From a virus, in IMG/VR virus record IMGVR_UViG_3300025127_000009, positions 32,001 to 96,000 of that record: a stretch of 64,000 bases of DNA; one strand, written 5' to 3'. Every line of letters begins with the position of its first letter. The stretch's first letter is position 1. Shown one piece after another: positions 38,305 to 47,846 of the stretch. Position numbers and translations under genes: made by a program. Below the pieces are notes generated by a model that was not told the origin of the DNA, searched no databases, and was given only the letters and a program-made list of their open reading frames with translations.

Positions 38305-38708
38305 ACAGACTCCATTAAATGTTTTCTAACTAGATCATGAATGGAAGGATCGACATTTTCTTTCCAGGCGTCACTGTTTTCAACAATCTGATTTCTTATA
38401 CTAGTTGCTGAAATGAAGCCGACATTTTGAGGTGGTACGTGTTCATTAATTTCATATCCGACGCCACGTCCGTAGTTCACACTTTCAATATCAGGAATTC
38501 TAATTACCTGCACTTGCTCAGTATTGCCATAAACTTGCTGTATCATATTGATTGTCTGGTCTGTACTAAATGGATTTTTTGCATCAGGGGGAATATCTCT
38601 AACTGCTATTAACACTGGTATCTCTTTTGCTAACTTTTGATCTATCAACCACTTATGACCATTGTGAAAGGGTTGCCAGCGTCCTATAAACAATGCTTTT
38701 TTAACCAT
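38301..38708 (-). CDS. Small HIGH-superfamily (cytidylyltransferase-like) nucleotidyltransferase; candidate minimal ATP sulfurylase
   Basis: FIGRWQPFHNGH (HxGH), YGRGVGY and ISATSIR motifs; overlaps the cysC start. Confidence 0.8.
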   Translation of the reverse strand: MVKKALFIGRWQPFHNGHKWLIDQKLAKEIPVLIAVRDIPPDAKNPFSTDQTINMIQQVYGNTEQVQVIRIPDIESVNYGRGVGYEINEHVPPQNVGFISATSIRNQIVENSDAWKENVDPSIHDLVRKHLMESV

Positions 38709-39417
38709 TTGCTACTTCCTCCTTCATGTATCCTAAGGTTTTAAGGCAAGATTCAAATGCCGGTATTTCAAATTCATCACATATTTCTTTATAAGCATTC
38801 AAGTCTTTTCCTATAGACTGTGTACCTAATTTTCTTTTGCCATAATTTTGCTTTGCAGACTCATCACCTGCTCTGGCCAAAACAGAAACATTCCATTCAA
38901 AAACCCAATCTTCAACATAATCGGGGTAATTTTTAAAACTGTGTTCTGATTCTAAACCAAATCTTTGCTCTATTTCGTTCTGTATTCTGCCCGGATATTT
39001 AATTAGATCTTCATACCTAACCTCTAAATCTATTACATCTTTAAACATTCCTCTTTGCCTAATCGATTCAATCCAGCGACGAGGTTTTACCCATTTACCA
39101 TCAGACAAAACAACATCTCTGCCATCTCGTACAACATTTATAATTGCTACACTTTCTTTTTTAATTGTATTGTGTTGCTCTTCAAAATTAGGCATCAAAA
39201 CATTACTTAACAAGGCAGGCGGGTGCCTTTTGCCGACGACGAAAGGTTTGTCGCTCTTATATTTAATAAAATCTTCAAAAGACAATTCATGCCCATCAAA
39301 TCCTTTCTTATAAAGAACATCCATATTCTTAAATGCATAAAACATTCTCAATAATAGTGTTGTACCAGACTTTGCACAGCCTGTAATAAAAATTTTCTTA
39401 CTCATTATATCTCCCAA
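38701..39417 (-). CDS. Sulfotransferase (PAPS-dependent)
   Basis: 5'-PSB loop ITGCAKSGTTLL, 3'-PB motif VRDGRDVVLS, and VRYEDL. Confidence 0.85.
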   Translation of the reverse strand: MGDIMSKKIFITGCAKSGTTLLLRMFYAFKNMDVLYKKGFDGHELSFEDFIKYKSDKPFVVGKRHPPALLSNVLMPNFEEQHNTIKKESVAIINVVRDGRDVVLSDGKWVKPRRWIESIRQRGMFKDVIDLEVRYEDLIKYPGRIQNEIEQRFGLESEHSFKNYPDYVEDWVFEWNVSVLARAGDESAKQNYGKRKLGTQSIGKDLNAYKEICDEFEIPAFESCLKTLGYMKEEVANG

Positions 39418-40028
39418 GTTTTGTATTCTGGATCTTTTGTTTTGTTATTATCATGCATGCGATAACGATAAAATGGAATCTTCAAGTGATCTATCTTGTA
39501 ATCTTGTCCCAATCTTTTTCTTAACTCTTCTTCTTCTCTGTGTCTCATCTTTTCATTGTACCCACCTGATGCTGTGAATACATCCTTGCGATACATTATA
39601 CCACATGAAATGTTTTGTTTTTCTGCATACCTTCTTTCTAAAACGTTCTCGAAGTCATCAACCATCAGATAGTCGCAAGAAACGCAGAATACATCATGAT
39701 TCGCTTCTAGATAAGTTTTCATTATATAACACATATCTGCGTTAACATAGTCATCAGCATCAACTCTAATAAAAAATTGACCTCTTGCGTGTTGTATACC
39801 AACATTACTCGCTACAGCAATTCCTGAATTTTTAGATGTGCTAACTAGTTTAATTTGATCTTTAAATGGATCCATTATCTCAATTGAATTGTCTGTGCTG
39901 CAATCATCTACAACGATCACTTCATGCTTAACTATTCTCTGATTTAAACAACTTCGTATTGCTCTAGGCACATACCTACTGTAATTGTAATTTGTTATTA
40001 TAATTGAAACATCAGGATTAGAACTCAC
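39405..40028 (-). CDS. Glycosyltransferase family 2
   Basis: VSIIITNYNY...VIVVDDCSTD...NSGIAVASNVGI...RVDADD (GT-A, DxD). Confidence 0.92.
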   Translation of the reverse strand: MSSNPDVSIIITNYNYSRYVPRAIRSCLNQRIVKHEVIVVDDCSTDNSIEIMDPFKDQIKLVSTSKNSGIAVASNVGIQHARGQFFIRVDADDYVNADMCYIMKTYLEANHDVFCVSCDYLMVDDFENVLERRYAEKQNISCGIMYRKDVFTASGGYNEKMRHREEEELRKRLGQDYKIDHLKIPFYRYRMHDNNKTKDPEYKTWEI

Positions 40029-40731
40029 TGTTTTTCTCCAGTATTTCCAAGTTCTTAATTAATCTAACATATTCTTGAAGACTATCTTTGTCAAACGAGG
40101 CTATGTGCCCACCTTCTGTACCAGATTGAGCATATATGTTATTCGAAAAATGTTTTTCTAAATATATCGCTCCCCTCATATATGCACGTACAGATGCAGC
40201 AATACCCAAACTGTGGTCGCTGTATCCGGTATATGCCCCTTCTTTGAAGAAGGGCATTTTTCTAAGTTTTTCATCATCTAGATAAGTTGGATACTTTGAC
40301 ACACAAAAAAGGTAATCAATATTACCATCCTTGCCGTAAGGAAATTGTCCAAATTCGTGCATACCTGTTGAAATCAACGTTGGCTTATTTTCTGCTAAGA
40401 TAAGTTCTGAAAGTTCTCTATCAAACTTTGATGTTCTGCTAGCAATTTTATGCGTTTCGACATTGAAGTCTTGCAGCCACTCAAGCCTTTCTTTATCAAA
40501 TACAGATGCCATAAACTCTATGCCGATTAAACTACAGTAGTTTGATAACTCCAAAGCATCATTGTACGATATGTCTCTATATTTTTTATTCTTTACACCT
40601 AACAATTTTTCAGAATCCATCAACTGTACTTTTACAGCGTGCGCCCCTGATGTGAACGCATTCAAAGTCATTCTTTTTAATTCTTGTAAACTTCCGAAAT
40701 GCTGGTTGCACAAATCAACTATTATTTTCAT
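40018..40731 (-). CDS. neuB: NeuB/SpsE-family nonulosonic acid synthase (no C-terminal SAF domain)
   Basis: NQHFG, AHAVKVQ, ASVFD, KIAS, ISTGM, CVSKYPT, GYSDHSLG, EKHF motifs. Confidence 0.9.
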   Translation of the reverse strand: MKIIVDLCNQHFGSLQELKRMTLNAFTSGAHAVKVQLMDSEKLLGVKNKKYRDISYNDALELSNYCSLIGIEFMASVFDKERLEWLQDFNVETHKIASRTSKFDRELSELILAENKPTLISTGMHEFGQFPYGKDGNIDYLFCVSKYPTYLDDEKLRKMPFFKEGAYTGYSDHSLGIAASVRAYMRGAIYLEKHFSNNIYAQSGTEGGHIASFDKDSLQEYVRLIKNLEILEKNSEF

Positions 40732-41413
40732 TTAAAAACCTTTTTATTTTATCTTTACATGTAAGATTGATTTCTTTCATTATATCAGAATTCATATCTT
40801 TTGTTTGGAAAAGTTTACCTCGATGATTCAACCTCTTTCTATCCACATCATTATTGATGATGCTTTGCAAGTTATCAATCAACATCACAAAACCGAGTTG
40901 ACATGTTTTAAAAAATAACTTATCAGGTGTATCTGTCTCTACGACTTTAACTGTATCTTGGTCTATTATGTCCCCACCGTCAATAGATGAATCAATATAA
41001 TGCAATGTTGTTCCAATTTTGTCAAAATTTTCTTCATAAATTGCCCAATACGAACTATCAACTCCACGATAGTGTTGAACTAACCCAGTGTGTATGTTTA
41101 CACACCCATATTCAGGAATACTATAAATTTCTTTTGGTAAAAGTGGCGCACCAAAAATAAAACCAACTTTTGGTTTTTTTCTTCTCAATGAAGTTAAAAC
41201 TAGATCATCTTTTAAATGAGATTTGTTGCACATCAGATACATAGAACCAATGCCAGACGCTCTAGGCCAAAACCTTCTTTCTTGTTTTGTAAAGTTTTTA
41301 TCGCGATTTTCTTTTGGTACAACGATAATTTGATCTATTGGCAAATGCATTCTTAAGGTGTTTAAAAATTGTATGTGTCTAGCCTGGTTGGATGTGATTG
41401 CAAAATAACTCAT
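40715..41413 (-). CDS. Formyltransferase (Formyl_trans_N; sugar N-formyltransferase-like)
   Basis: VNIHTGLVQHYRG...GTTLHYIDSSIDGGDII matches the N.H..L.P.YRG...G.T.H......D.G.I signature. Confidence 0.88.
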   Translation of the reverse strand: MSYFAITSNQARHIQFLNTLRMHLPIDQIIVVPKENRDKNFTKQERRFWPRASGIGSMYLMCNKSHLKDDLVLTSLRRKKPKVGFIFGAPLLPKEIYSIPEYGCVNIHTGLVQHYRGVDSSYWAIYEENFDKIGTTLHYIDSSIDGGDIIDQDTVKVVETDTPDKLFFKTCQLGFVMLIDNLQSIINNDVDRKRLNHRGKLFQTKDMNSDIMKEINLTCKDKIKRFLNENNS

Positions 41414-42099
41414 AGTTGCACTGGCAATGTTCCTATTCTTTTAAATGCTTCTGCCCGCTTGTTGGGGCCAATAGAATACCCTCTTACTCTGGACAGTCCA
41501 TCTAAATAAAATTCAATTCCAGGTATAATACCTAACTGAGATGAGTACACTTCCATTGCATATTCTTTTGCAGAATACTCTTTAGTTATATCTACCACAA
41601 AGTCTGGATTTGAAAAGGGATCTAATATTTCAAAACTTAGTAATTGAGATACCGCATGTGGTTCACCCAATTCCTCTAAAATATTTTCTGAGCATTTCCA
41701 AGTTGCTTCTTCTACAATCATCGAGGTGTTTTTGTGATCTCTGTGCTTGCAGATCTGGTTGTGGGTCAGTATTATGTCTGGCTTTACTTCTCTTATTTTT
41801 TTAATAACAGAATGAAATGTTTTTTTGTTGTTTGTTACTTCTTGGCAAGGTATACCAAGAGTGTGTATCTTTGAAACCCCTAGTACATGACACGCCAAAG
41901 ATGCTTCTTTCATTCTAATATCTGTAATATTTTCTCTCATATTAATATCACAACCTTGTTCTATGCCTGTGCCTCCGTCAGTCATAAAACAAACTTGAAC
42001 ATCTGATCCAGATCTTGACCACTTTGTAATTGTTCCTCCGCACCCAATTGTTTCATCATCTTGATGTGCAGCAAAAACTAAAACTTTTTTACTCAACAT
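41410..42099 (-). CDS. PIG-L/LmbE-family N-acetyl-sugar deacetylase
   Basis: VLVFAAHQDDETIGCGGTI...RMKEA...HRDH metal-binding motifs. Confidence 0.92.
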   Translation of the reverse strand: MLSKKVLVFAAHQDDETIGCGGTITKWSRSGSDVQVCFMTDGGTGIEQGCDINMRENITDIRMKEASLACHVLGVSKIHTLGIPCQEVTNNKKTFHSVIKKIREVKPDIILTHNQICKHRDHKNTSMIVEEATWKCSENILEELGEPHAVSQLLSFEILDPFSNPDFVVDITKEYSAKEYAMEVYSSQLGIIPGIEFYLDGLSRVRGYSIGPNKRAEAFKRIGTLPVQL

Positions 42100-42667
42100 T
42101 TATTCCCAAACTTTCTATTGCGTTGACATCTTCTTTTGAATGTACATCTATCAAATCGCAAACATAAGCCCCAGTCTTAACACTTAAATCTCTTTGATAA
42201 ACATACCAAGATTTCATTATTCGAAATGCTGCATTTTGCATCAGATTACCACCAACACTTATTAACTCATTTCTTTCATTTTGTAAAAAACAGTTAATTG
42301 CATCGTCCAGTATATTAGATGTAATTTGAGGTGAATTGGCTTGCAGAGAAATAACAACATCTTCTCTATCGCTTCTTTCTGATTCTTTTATAAAAGAATA
42401 ACAGTCTCTTATGGCATCCATCTTATAAACATGATCTTTAGATAAAGCAGGCGCTCTATCATGTACTTTGGCTCCATATGAGAGTGCTATTTTTTTTATC
42501 TCCAAATCTTCTGTTGAGACCCATACATCTGTTACAAACTTACTGTGTTGTGCAGCCTTTATAGCCCAAAACAACATTGGCTTACCCCATACAGGATATA
42601 TATTTTTCCTGTGAAGTCTTTTAGAACCTCCACGGGCAGGTATTATTGCGATTACTTTCATTAACAA
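42089..42667 (-). CDS. neuA: Acylneuraminate (nonulosonate) cytidylyltransferase, short form
   Basis: IAIIPARGGSKRLHRKNI, VWVSTED, LQANSP, IDVHSKED motifs. Confidence 0.88.
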   Translation of the reverse strand: MLMKVIAIIPARGGSKRLHRKNIYPVWGKPMLFWAIKAAQHSKFVTDVWVSTEDLEIKKIALSYGAKVHDRAPALSKDHVYKMDAIRDCYSFIKESERSDREDVVISLQANSPQITSNILDDAINCFLQNERNELISVGGNLMQNAAFRIMKSWYVYQRDLSVKTGAYVCDLIDVHSKEDVNAIESLGINVE

Positions 42668-42672
42668 ACCTC

Positions 42673-43389
42673 TTACTTAAAAAGGAACCCCATCACTTCT
42701 TTTGTGTTGCTTTTCTTAAGAACGAATCTTTCATTGGTGGCATCCCACTTGTTTCTCATTCTAACTATTTCCGATAAGTCTTCAGAATATTGAAACAAAT
42801 TAAACGTCTCTTCTTCGAAAAAATAAGATTCACTTGCCAAGTGAACAGACTCTTCAAAAACATTTCTTGGTCCCGGATTGTTTCCGGGCCTGTAATATAT
42901 ATCGTCAAACACAATACATCCACCTGGAGCAATAAGCCTGTAAGCGTTCTCAAAATCTTTCTTACATTGATCGTACTTGTGATTGCCATCGATGATTGTT
43001 AAATCAAAGGATGCATCTGGCATTTTTGATAATACTTCTGAAGAATCACCACAAACATAATTAACGTATTCCCCTAAATTAAATTTATTAATTAGTGATT
43101 TAGATTTTAACACAAACTCCTCGTTTATGTCAATTGTTGTAACTTTACCTTTTGCTTCAGAGTCTTCTAATGCTTTTGCCATATACAAACAACTAAACCC
43201 AGGTCCGGTACCAATATCTAAAATGTTTTTATATTTTCTATCTTTTATAATGCAGTAGATTGCTTGGGCCTCGCACACCTTAATAGACCCTTTTATGTAA
43301 TCGGGGATAGACGACACAGTATATCCCTCTTCGTACAGATCAACAAGGTCTTCTTTGTTTCTAGAAACTAGATCGTGTATATAACTCAT
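42673..43389 (-). CDS. Class I SAM-dependent methyltransferase (Methyltransf_24-like)
   Basis: ILDIGTGPGFS, TIDIN, GDSSEVL, FDLTIIDGNHKY, GGCIVFDD. Confidence 0.9.
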   Translation of the reverse strand: MSYIHDLVSRNKEDLVDLYEEGYTVSSIPDYIKGSIKVCEAQAIYCIIKDRKYKNILDIGTGPGFSCLYMAKALEDSEAKGKVTTIDINEEFVLKSKSLINKFNLGEYVNYVCGDSSEVLSKMPDASFDLTIIDGNHKYDQCKKDFENAYRLIAPGGCIVFDDIYYRPGNNPGPRNVFEESVHLASESYFFEEETFNLFQYSEDLSEIVRMRNKWDATNERFVLKKSNTKEVMGFLFK

Positions 43390-43411
43390 TTTTGCTCCCT
43401 GTTAAATTGAA

Positions 43412-44443
43412 TTATAACAGAACATTAAGTAAATTTTTAGATGAATTGGTGTGGTTATGAAGCCACTCTTCTTTTGCCTTCTCGAAAGACTGTTTTTTAG
43501 CGCCTTTTACGACTTGAATCATAGCATTCAACTTTGAAGTGTTAAAAGACGGATCCAGTGACTTAAGGTTTAAACAATAATCATAATCGTAGAGGTAAGA
43601 ATGGGTTACCCTATGTTTGTGAATTCTTCCATGTCTTTTCGCAGGTTTAATATCAAAATTAATTAAAGGAACATTATGCATTACGCATTCTTCTATCATT
43701 GTCGATCCAGAATTTACAACTAAATCACAAACCTCTAATAGTTCTTGAGTGGTATGTGGAAACCAAGAATCATCAAAAAATAATCTATTTCCATCCTCAG
43801 TTATTTTTTTTATTGTCTTTTTATCTATCGGATCTTTGCCTCTGCTTTTTATAAGAACCTGCCACCCCAGATCATTAAAGTTTTTAATTATGCTAATAGG
43901 CATATTGTGTAAATCTCTAGATTTTGGCCAAATGAACAAAACTTTTTTAGTATCTTTGTTTAGTTTATATTTTTCTAGAACCAGTTTGCTTTCTATGTCT
44001 ACGTCATATTTTGTTGTTCCAAAGTAAACATTTTTTTCAGTATTGCATTCATAGAAATCAGCGATATTTTTACTCGGCATCATAATCATATCATAAACTT
44101 GCTGATAATTAAACTTATGATAATTTAACACGAAATCAGTTTGATAAGTGGTTGTAACTTTTTTATCAACCTTGCATTGCGTTATTATATCCATACAAGA
44201 TTTCTCATTAGTAATAATATTATTTTTTACTTTTGTTAGTGAAGATATATTTTCTAAATTAACCGAATATTTTGAAATAAATTTTTCTAATTCTAAAAAG
44301 TTTTTTTCTAGCGATGGGCAGTTATACTTATTAGATTTTGCCATGTAAAACGTCGATGTTGCTCCGAGTTTCTTACCTTGTATAACTATCGGTGCAAAGT
44401 ATCTTAAGTGTGTCATTTCTCTGAGACAAAAATTCAGATCCAT
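43412..44443 (-). CDS. GT-B fold protein (TagF/capsule-polymerase-like); candidate nonulosonate transferase; probable start at 44443
   Basis: YFGTTKYD, KKVLFIWP, LLEVCDLVVNSGSTMIEECVMHNVPLI resemble the GT-B C-terminal motif; TAATG overlap with the upstream gene. Confidence 0.6.
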   Translation of the reverse strand: MDLNFCLREMTHLRYFAPIVIQGKKLGATSTFYMAKSNKYNCPSLEKNFLELEKFISKYSVNLENISSLTKVKNNIITNEKSCMDIITQCKVDKKVTTTYQTDFVLNYHKFNYQQVYDMIMMPSKNIADFYECNTEKNVYFGTTKYDVDIESKLVLEKYKLNKDTKKVLFIWPKSRDLHNMPISIIKNFNDLGWQVLIKSRGKDPIDKKTIKKITEDGNRLFFDDSWFPHTTQELLEVCDLVVNSGSTMIEECVMHNVPLINFDIKPAKRHGRIHKHRVTHSYLYDYDYCLNLKSLDPSFNTSKLNAMIQVVKGAKKQSFEKAKEEWLHNHTNSSKNLLNVLL

Positions 44444-45339
44444 TATAAATTCTCTGCCACTTCTAACACTTTTGCCATGCAACTTTGCCAAGAATATGGT
44501 TTATATTTGTTTTTAATTAAAGAAATATTAGAATTTAACAAATCTACCAATTCACTCTCACTCGAAAACACATTTTCTTCTCCGGCAAATTCTACAGCAC
44601 CACCGCCTTCACTATAAACTATAGTTGGTATACCGCACGCTACACTTTCAATTATGTGATTTGGCCCAGGATCATATCTTGTACCACTAACATAAACATC
44701 GTACTTCGACAATTCCTCTCCTAACTCTAAACCGTGAAGAGGCCTAATCATCATCGAGTTGTCCAAAGACTTTTTACAATTTCCAATATACGTAAAAGTA
44801 AACTTATCATCACTCCTTACATATTCATTTAAGAACATATAATAATCTAAACCTTTCATTGGATTGTTTGACCAATGGTGAGTAACAATATTAATTTTGT
44901 TGTTATCAATCTTCTTTCTTGGTTGAAAGTGATTTAAATCAACACCATTATAAACTACTGAATGATTTTTACAGCCCCAACCCAACGACAGGTGATGATC
45001 TTTTATCCAATTAGAAACAAAAATTGTATGATCTGATATCAAACTGCAGTTTCTAAGCATTGCATTCATGTTGTTTGTATTTTTTCTAGCATCACACTCA
45101 TTAACTCTATGCATTATCTTGACATTGGGAAATCTTTTTTTAAAATTATAAATTTCATTTATAGAAACATTTGTACTGCCATATCTTGGATCTTGAATAA
45201 AGATTAAATCTATATCATCTTCCAAGTGAGGAGTTACAGTATGACCTTTCTTTTTAAACTGATCATAAAAGGCTTTTAAGAAGAGGTTGCCTCCACCCCA
45301 CGGGCCATCTACGGGTACTCTGTTTATAAATACTTTCAT
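44443..45339 (-). CDS. Glycosyltransferase family 4-like
   Basis: GPWGGGNLF, VYNGVDLNHF, YDVYVSGTRYDPGPNHIIESVACGIPTI. Confidence 0.88.
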   Translation of the reverse strand: MKVFINRVPVDGPWGGGNLFLKAFYDQFKKKGHTVTPHLEDDIDLIFIQDPRYGSTNVSINEIYNFKKRFPNVKIMHRVNECDARKNTNNMNAMLRNCSLISDHTIFVSNWIKDHHLSLGWGCKNHSVVYNGVDLNHFQPRKKIDNNKINIVTHHWSNNPMKGLDYYMFLNEYVRSDDKFTFTYIGNCKKSLDNSMMIRPLHGLELGEELSKYDVYVSGTRYDPGPNHIIESVACGIPTIVYSEGGGAVEFAGEENVFSSESELVDLLNSNISLIKNKYKPYSWQSCMAKVLEVAENL

Positions 45340-46250
45340 TACATTTTTGATAAAACTGTTACAAATTCACTAAAACCTTGCGGTATGTGAATTTTTTTAA
45401 CGTTCTCTAGAGCCACTTTTGTATCAGTGGCACCACTATCTATATTACCGGGTTTAAATATAGATTTTTCACTTAATATTAAGCCTGCAGCACCAACATC
45501 TGTAGATAATATTGGAACTTCTATTGTTGCACATTCAAATATCGCTTGAGGTCCACCCTCATGGCGGGAAGCGACTATATACAAGTCTAAAGAATTATAT
45601 AGTTTGTTTAAATCTTCAAATGAAGGCAACTCATAATAGTGGTATTTTATACCAACATCTTCGAGCCTATTCATAACATATTGTCTGCGCCAGCCAGCCA
45701 GTAAAACTTCAACTTTTTTTGTTTTTGAAATTTGGTAAACGGCATCACAAAATTGATCTGGCCCTTTTTCTAGTTTTGGAGATTTAAGATCTGAGCCCTC
45801 GGTGTCTCTTTGAAAGGAACCAATCAAATACACGTCTTTTTTTATATTTAATTTTTCTCTAATTTTCAACTTGTTGTTCAGATTCTTCCACAAATTTTGA
45901 TTTACCCAAAACGGCTGCGTAAAAATAGGCTTGTTTGTAATATTTTTAATTTGATCTTTTGTTTTCTCACTAGGTACGTGATACATATCAACTAAAGCAT
46001 CACGATGCAAAAATTCGTTTAACTTAAAAGAATCAAACTTTTCTGGAACTATGTGATGAATGGTGCAAAGTACTTTTTTGCTTCGCAATATTTCTAATGG
46101 TATCCGCATCCACTGCCAGGGAGCGATAATCCAAATTATATCTGCTTCTAAGGGGTTTTCAGTAGAGATGTTCGGATTATTTTCATACCACTCTTTTCTA
46201 AACCTATCTACTACCCAAGATTCTTGTGGATTGTTTAGATATACCTTCAC
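45339..46250 (-). CDS. Glycosyltransferase family 4-like
   Basis: LYNSLDLYIVASRHEGGPQAIFECATIEVPILSTDVG (E-X7-E motif). Confidence 0.88.
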   Translation of the reverse strand: MKVYLNNPQESWVVDRFRKEWYENNPNISTENPLEADIIWIIAPWQWMRIPLEILRSKKVLCTIHHIVPEKFDSFKLNEFLHRDALVDMYHVPSEKTKDQIKNITNKPIFTQPFWVNQNLWKNLNNKLKIREKLNIKKDVYLIGSFQRDTEGSDLKSPKLEKGPDQFCDAVYQISKTKKVEVLLAGWRRQYVMNRLEDVGIKYHYYELPSFEDLNKLYNSLDLYIVASRHEGGPQAIFECATIEVPILSTDVGAAGLILSEKSIFKPGNIDSGATDTKVALENVKKIHIPQGFSEFVTVLSKM

Positions 46251-46951
46251 TTTCTTAATATTACTATACCATTGTCTGTAGATTTTCTATCTTCATTGAA
46301 GAGGTGGCCATGAAAACAGACCAATTCTGCTGAATATGATGGATTATTTTGTAGTATTTCATCTACAACTTTTTTAACAGAAAATTTAGTTGGATGATAA
46401 TCATCAAATAAAATAATACCACCTTCGCGAACTAATTGATCGCATATCTGAAAATCTTCTCTGATAATATTAATGTTTTCGTGATCACCATCTATAAATG
46501 CAAGATCAATTTCACCCTCGTATTCTTGAACAATAAACGGTATTTCTGACCTATGTTTAAACGATATCTTTTCTTTTTCTTGCCCTTCCACCATTTGATA
46601 CAACTCATAATTGGAAACTTGAAATGGCTGATATGCAATTGCTTCATTCTTTTTTTGAAAGTGCGAAACTATATCAACTGTTATGATTTCTTCTATTTCC
46701 TCTTCCAGGGCAACAGAATAGCACGCTGTTCCTCTACCTGTTCCTATTTCAAAGAAAGTAGAAGCACCAATGTGATTTGCTATAGACTTAACTAGAAAAC
46801 ATTGTTCAGACCCATACGACATTTCACCGCTCTTCTTAGTCTTATCGACTCTTGTTTTCGTCAACATGCATATGCTAGTCAAAGGTTTTAAATCTTTATT
46901 CCAGTCGTAATTAATTTTTTCAAAATATTCTACTAAGTTAGTTGTTTTCAT
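46247..46951 (-). CDS. Class I SAM-dependent methyltransferase (Methyltransf_24-like)
   Basis: FEIGTGRGTA, TVDI, IDLAFIDGDH, GGIILFDDY. Confidence 0.88.
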   Translation of the reverse strand: MKTTNLVEYFEKINYDWNKDLKPLTSICMLTKTRVDKTKKSGEMSYGSEQCFLVKSIANHIGASTFFEIGTGRGTACYSVALEEEIEEIITVDIVSHFQKKNEAIAYQPFQVSNYELYQMVEGQEKEKISFKHRSEIPFIVQEYEGEIDLAFIDGDHENINIIREDFQICDQLVREGGIILFDDYHPTKFSVKKVVDEILQNNPSYSAELVCFHGHLFNEDRKSTDNGIVILRK

Positions 46952-47846
46952 GTAATCTCCCTAAAAAATCGGAATATTGTTTTGCTACAAAAGTCATATC
47001 AATATTCGAAGAATGTAAATTCTCTCTTTTGTTTTGAAAATTTAAAGCAGGAGGATTGTACAAATCTAAAGGCTTAAAATCCCAATCTTCCTCTTCGATT
47101 ATCTGCGCGTCCAAACCTGCTATCTCTTTGGTTCCCCCAGATGAGGAACATATAATTTTACATCCAGATGCCCTTGCATCAACAACAACGTTAGGACAGT
47201 GATCTAGCCAAGCCAAATGAATAAAATAATCGCTTGCTTTATATACAGATATAAGATCGTTAATGTTTAAATTTCCAATATAAAAAATTCTTTTATGCTT
47301 TAAAATTTGAGACTTATCAACATCTCCTGCAATTATTAGACCGTCCCTTTCAGCACTGTGTTCTAAAAAATAACGAATATTTTCAGACAATCTTTTGTGT
47401 GGTCTCCAACTAGATGCACAACACCATATTTTATCGTAAGTTCTTGTGAAAGAATTATTCAATGGCCTTATGTTTTTTATATATTCAAAATCTGCACCAT
47501 TTCTTATAATTTTGTAGTTATGGTGATGTCCAAAATAATTAAATATGAGATCTTTGTTAAACTGAGTTTGGAATATAACTCCTGCCGCTTCATCGTATGT
47601 TCGTTTAATTAAACTATTCTGCATATTATAATCAAACTTGTTGTTAAAATAAATTCCATCCAGTCTTTGAACTAACGGGATGTTTTCTATTTTATTGTTT
47701 CTCTGTATAAAAGACAACTGTAGATCGAAGGCTTTATCAAACCTAAAAGTATGATCTAACAATTCTAGATATCTTTTAAGTTTGTTACCAAAGTGATTTG
47801 GGCCAGAAGTTGACATAATGTTTACGTTATCTAAAAATATGTTCAC
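46938..47846 (-). CDS. Glycosyltransferase family 4-like
   Basis: SGPNHFG, IIRNGAD, KRLSENI, SDYFIHLAWLDHCPNVVVDARASGCKII. Confidence 0.88.
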   Translation of the reverse strand: MNIFLDNVNIMSTSGPNHFGNKLKRYLELLDHTFRFDKAFDLQLSFIQRNNKIENIPLVQRLDGIYFNNKFDYNMQNSLIKRTYDEAAGVIFQTQFNKDLIFNYFGHHHNYKIIRNGADFEYIKNIRPLNNSFTRTYDKIWCCASSWRPHKRLSENIRYFLEHSAERDGLIIAGDVDKSQILKHKRIFYIGNLNINDLISVYKASDYFIHLAWLDHCPNVVVDARASGCKIICSSSGGTKEIAGLDAQIIEEEDWDFKPLDLYNPPALNFQNKRENLHSSNIDMTFVAKQYSDFLGRLHENN

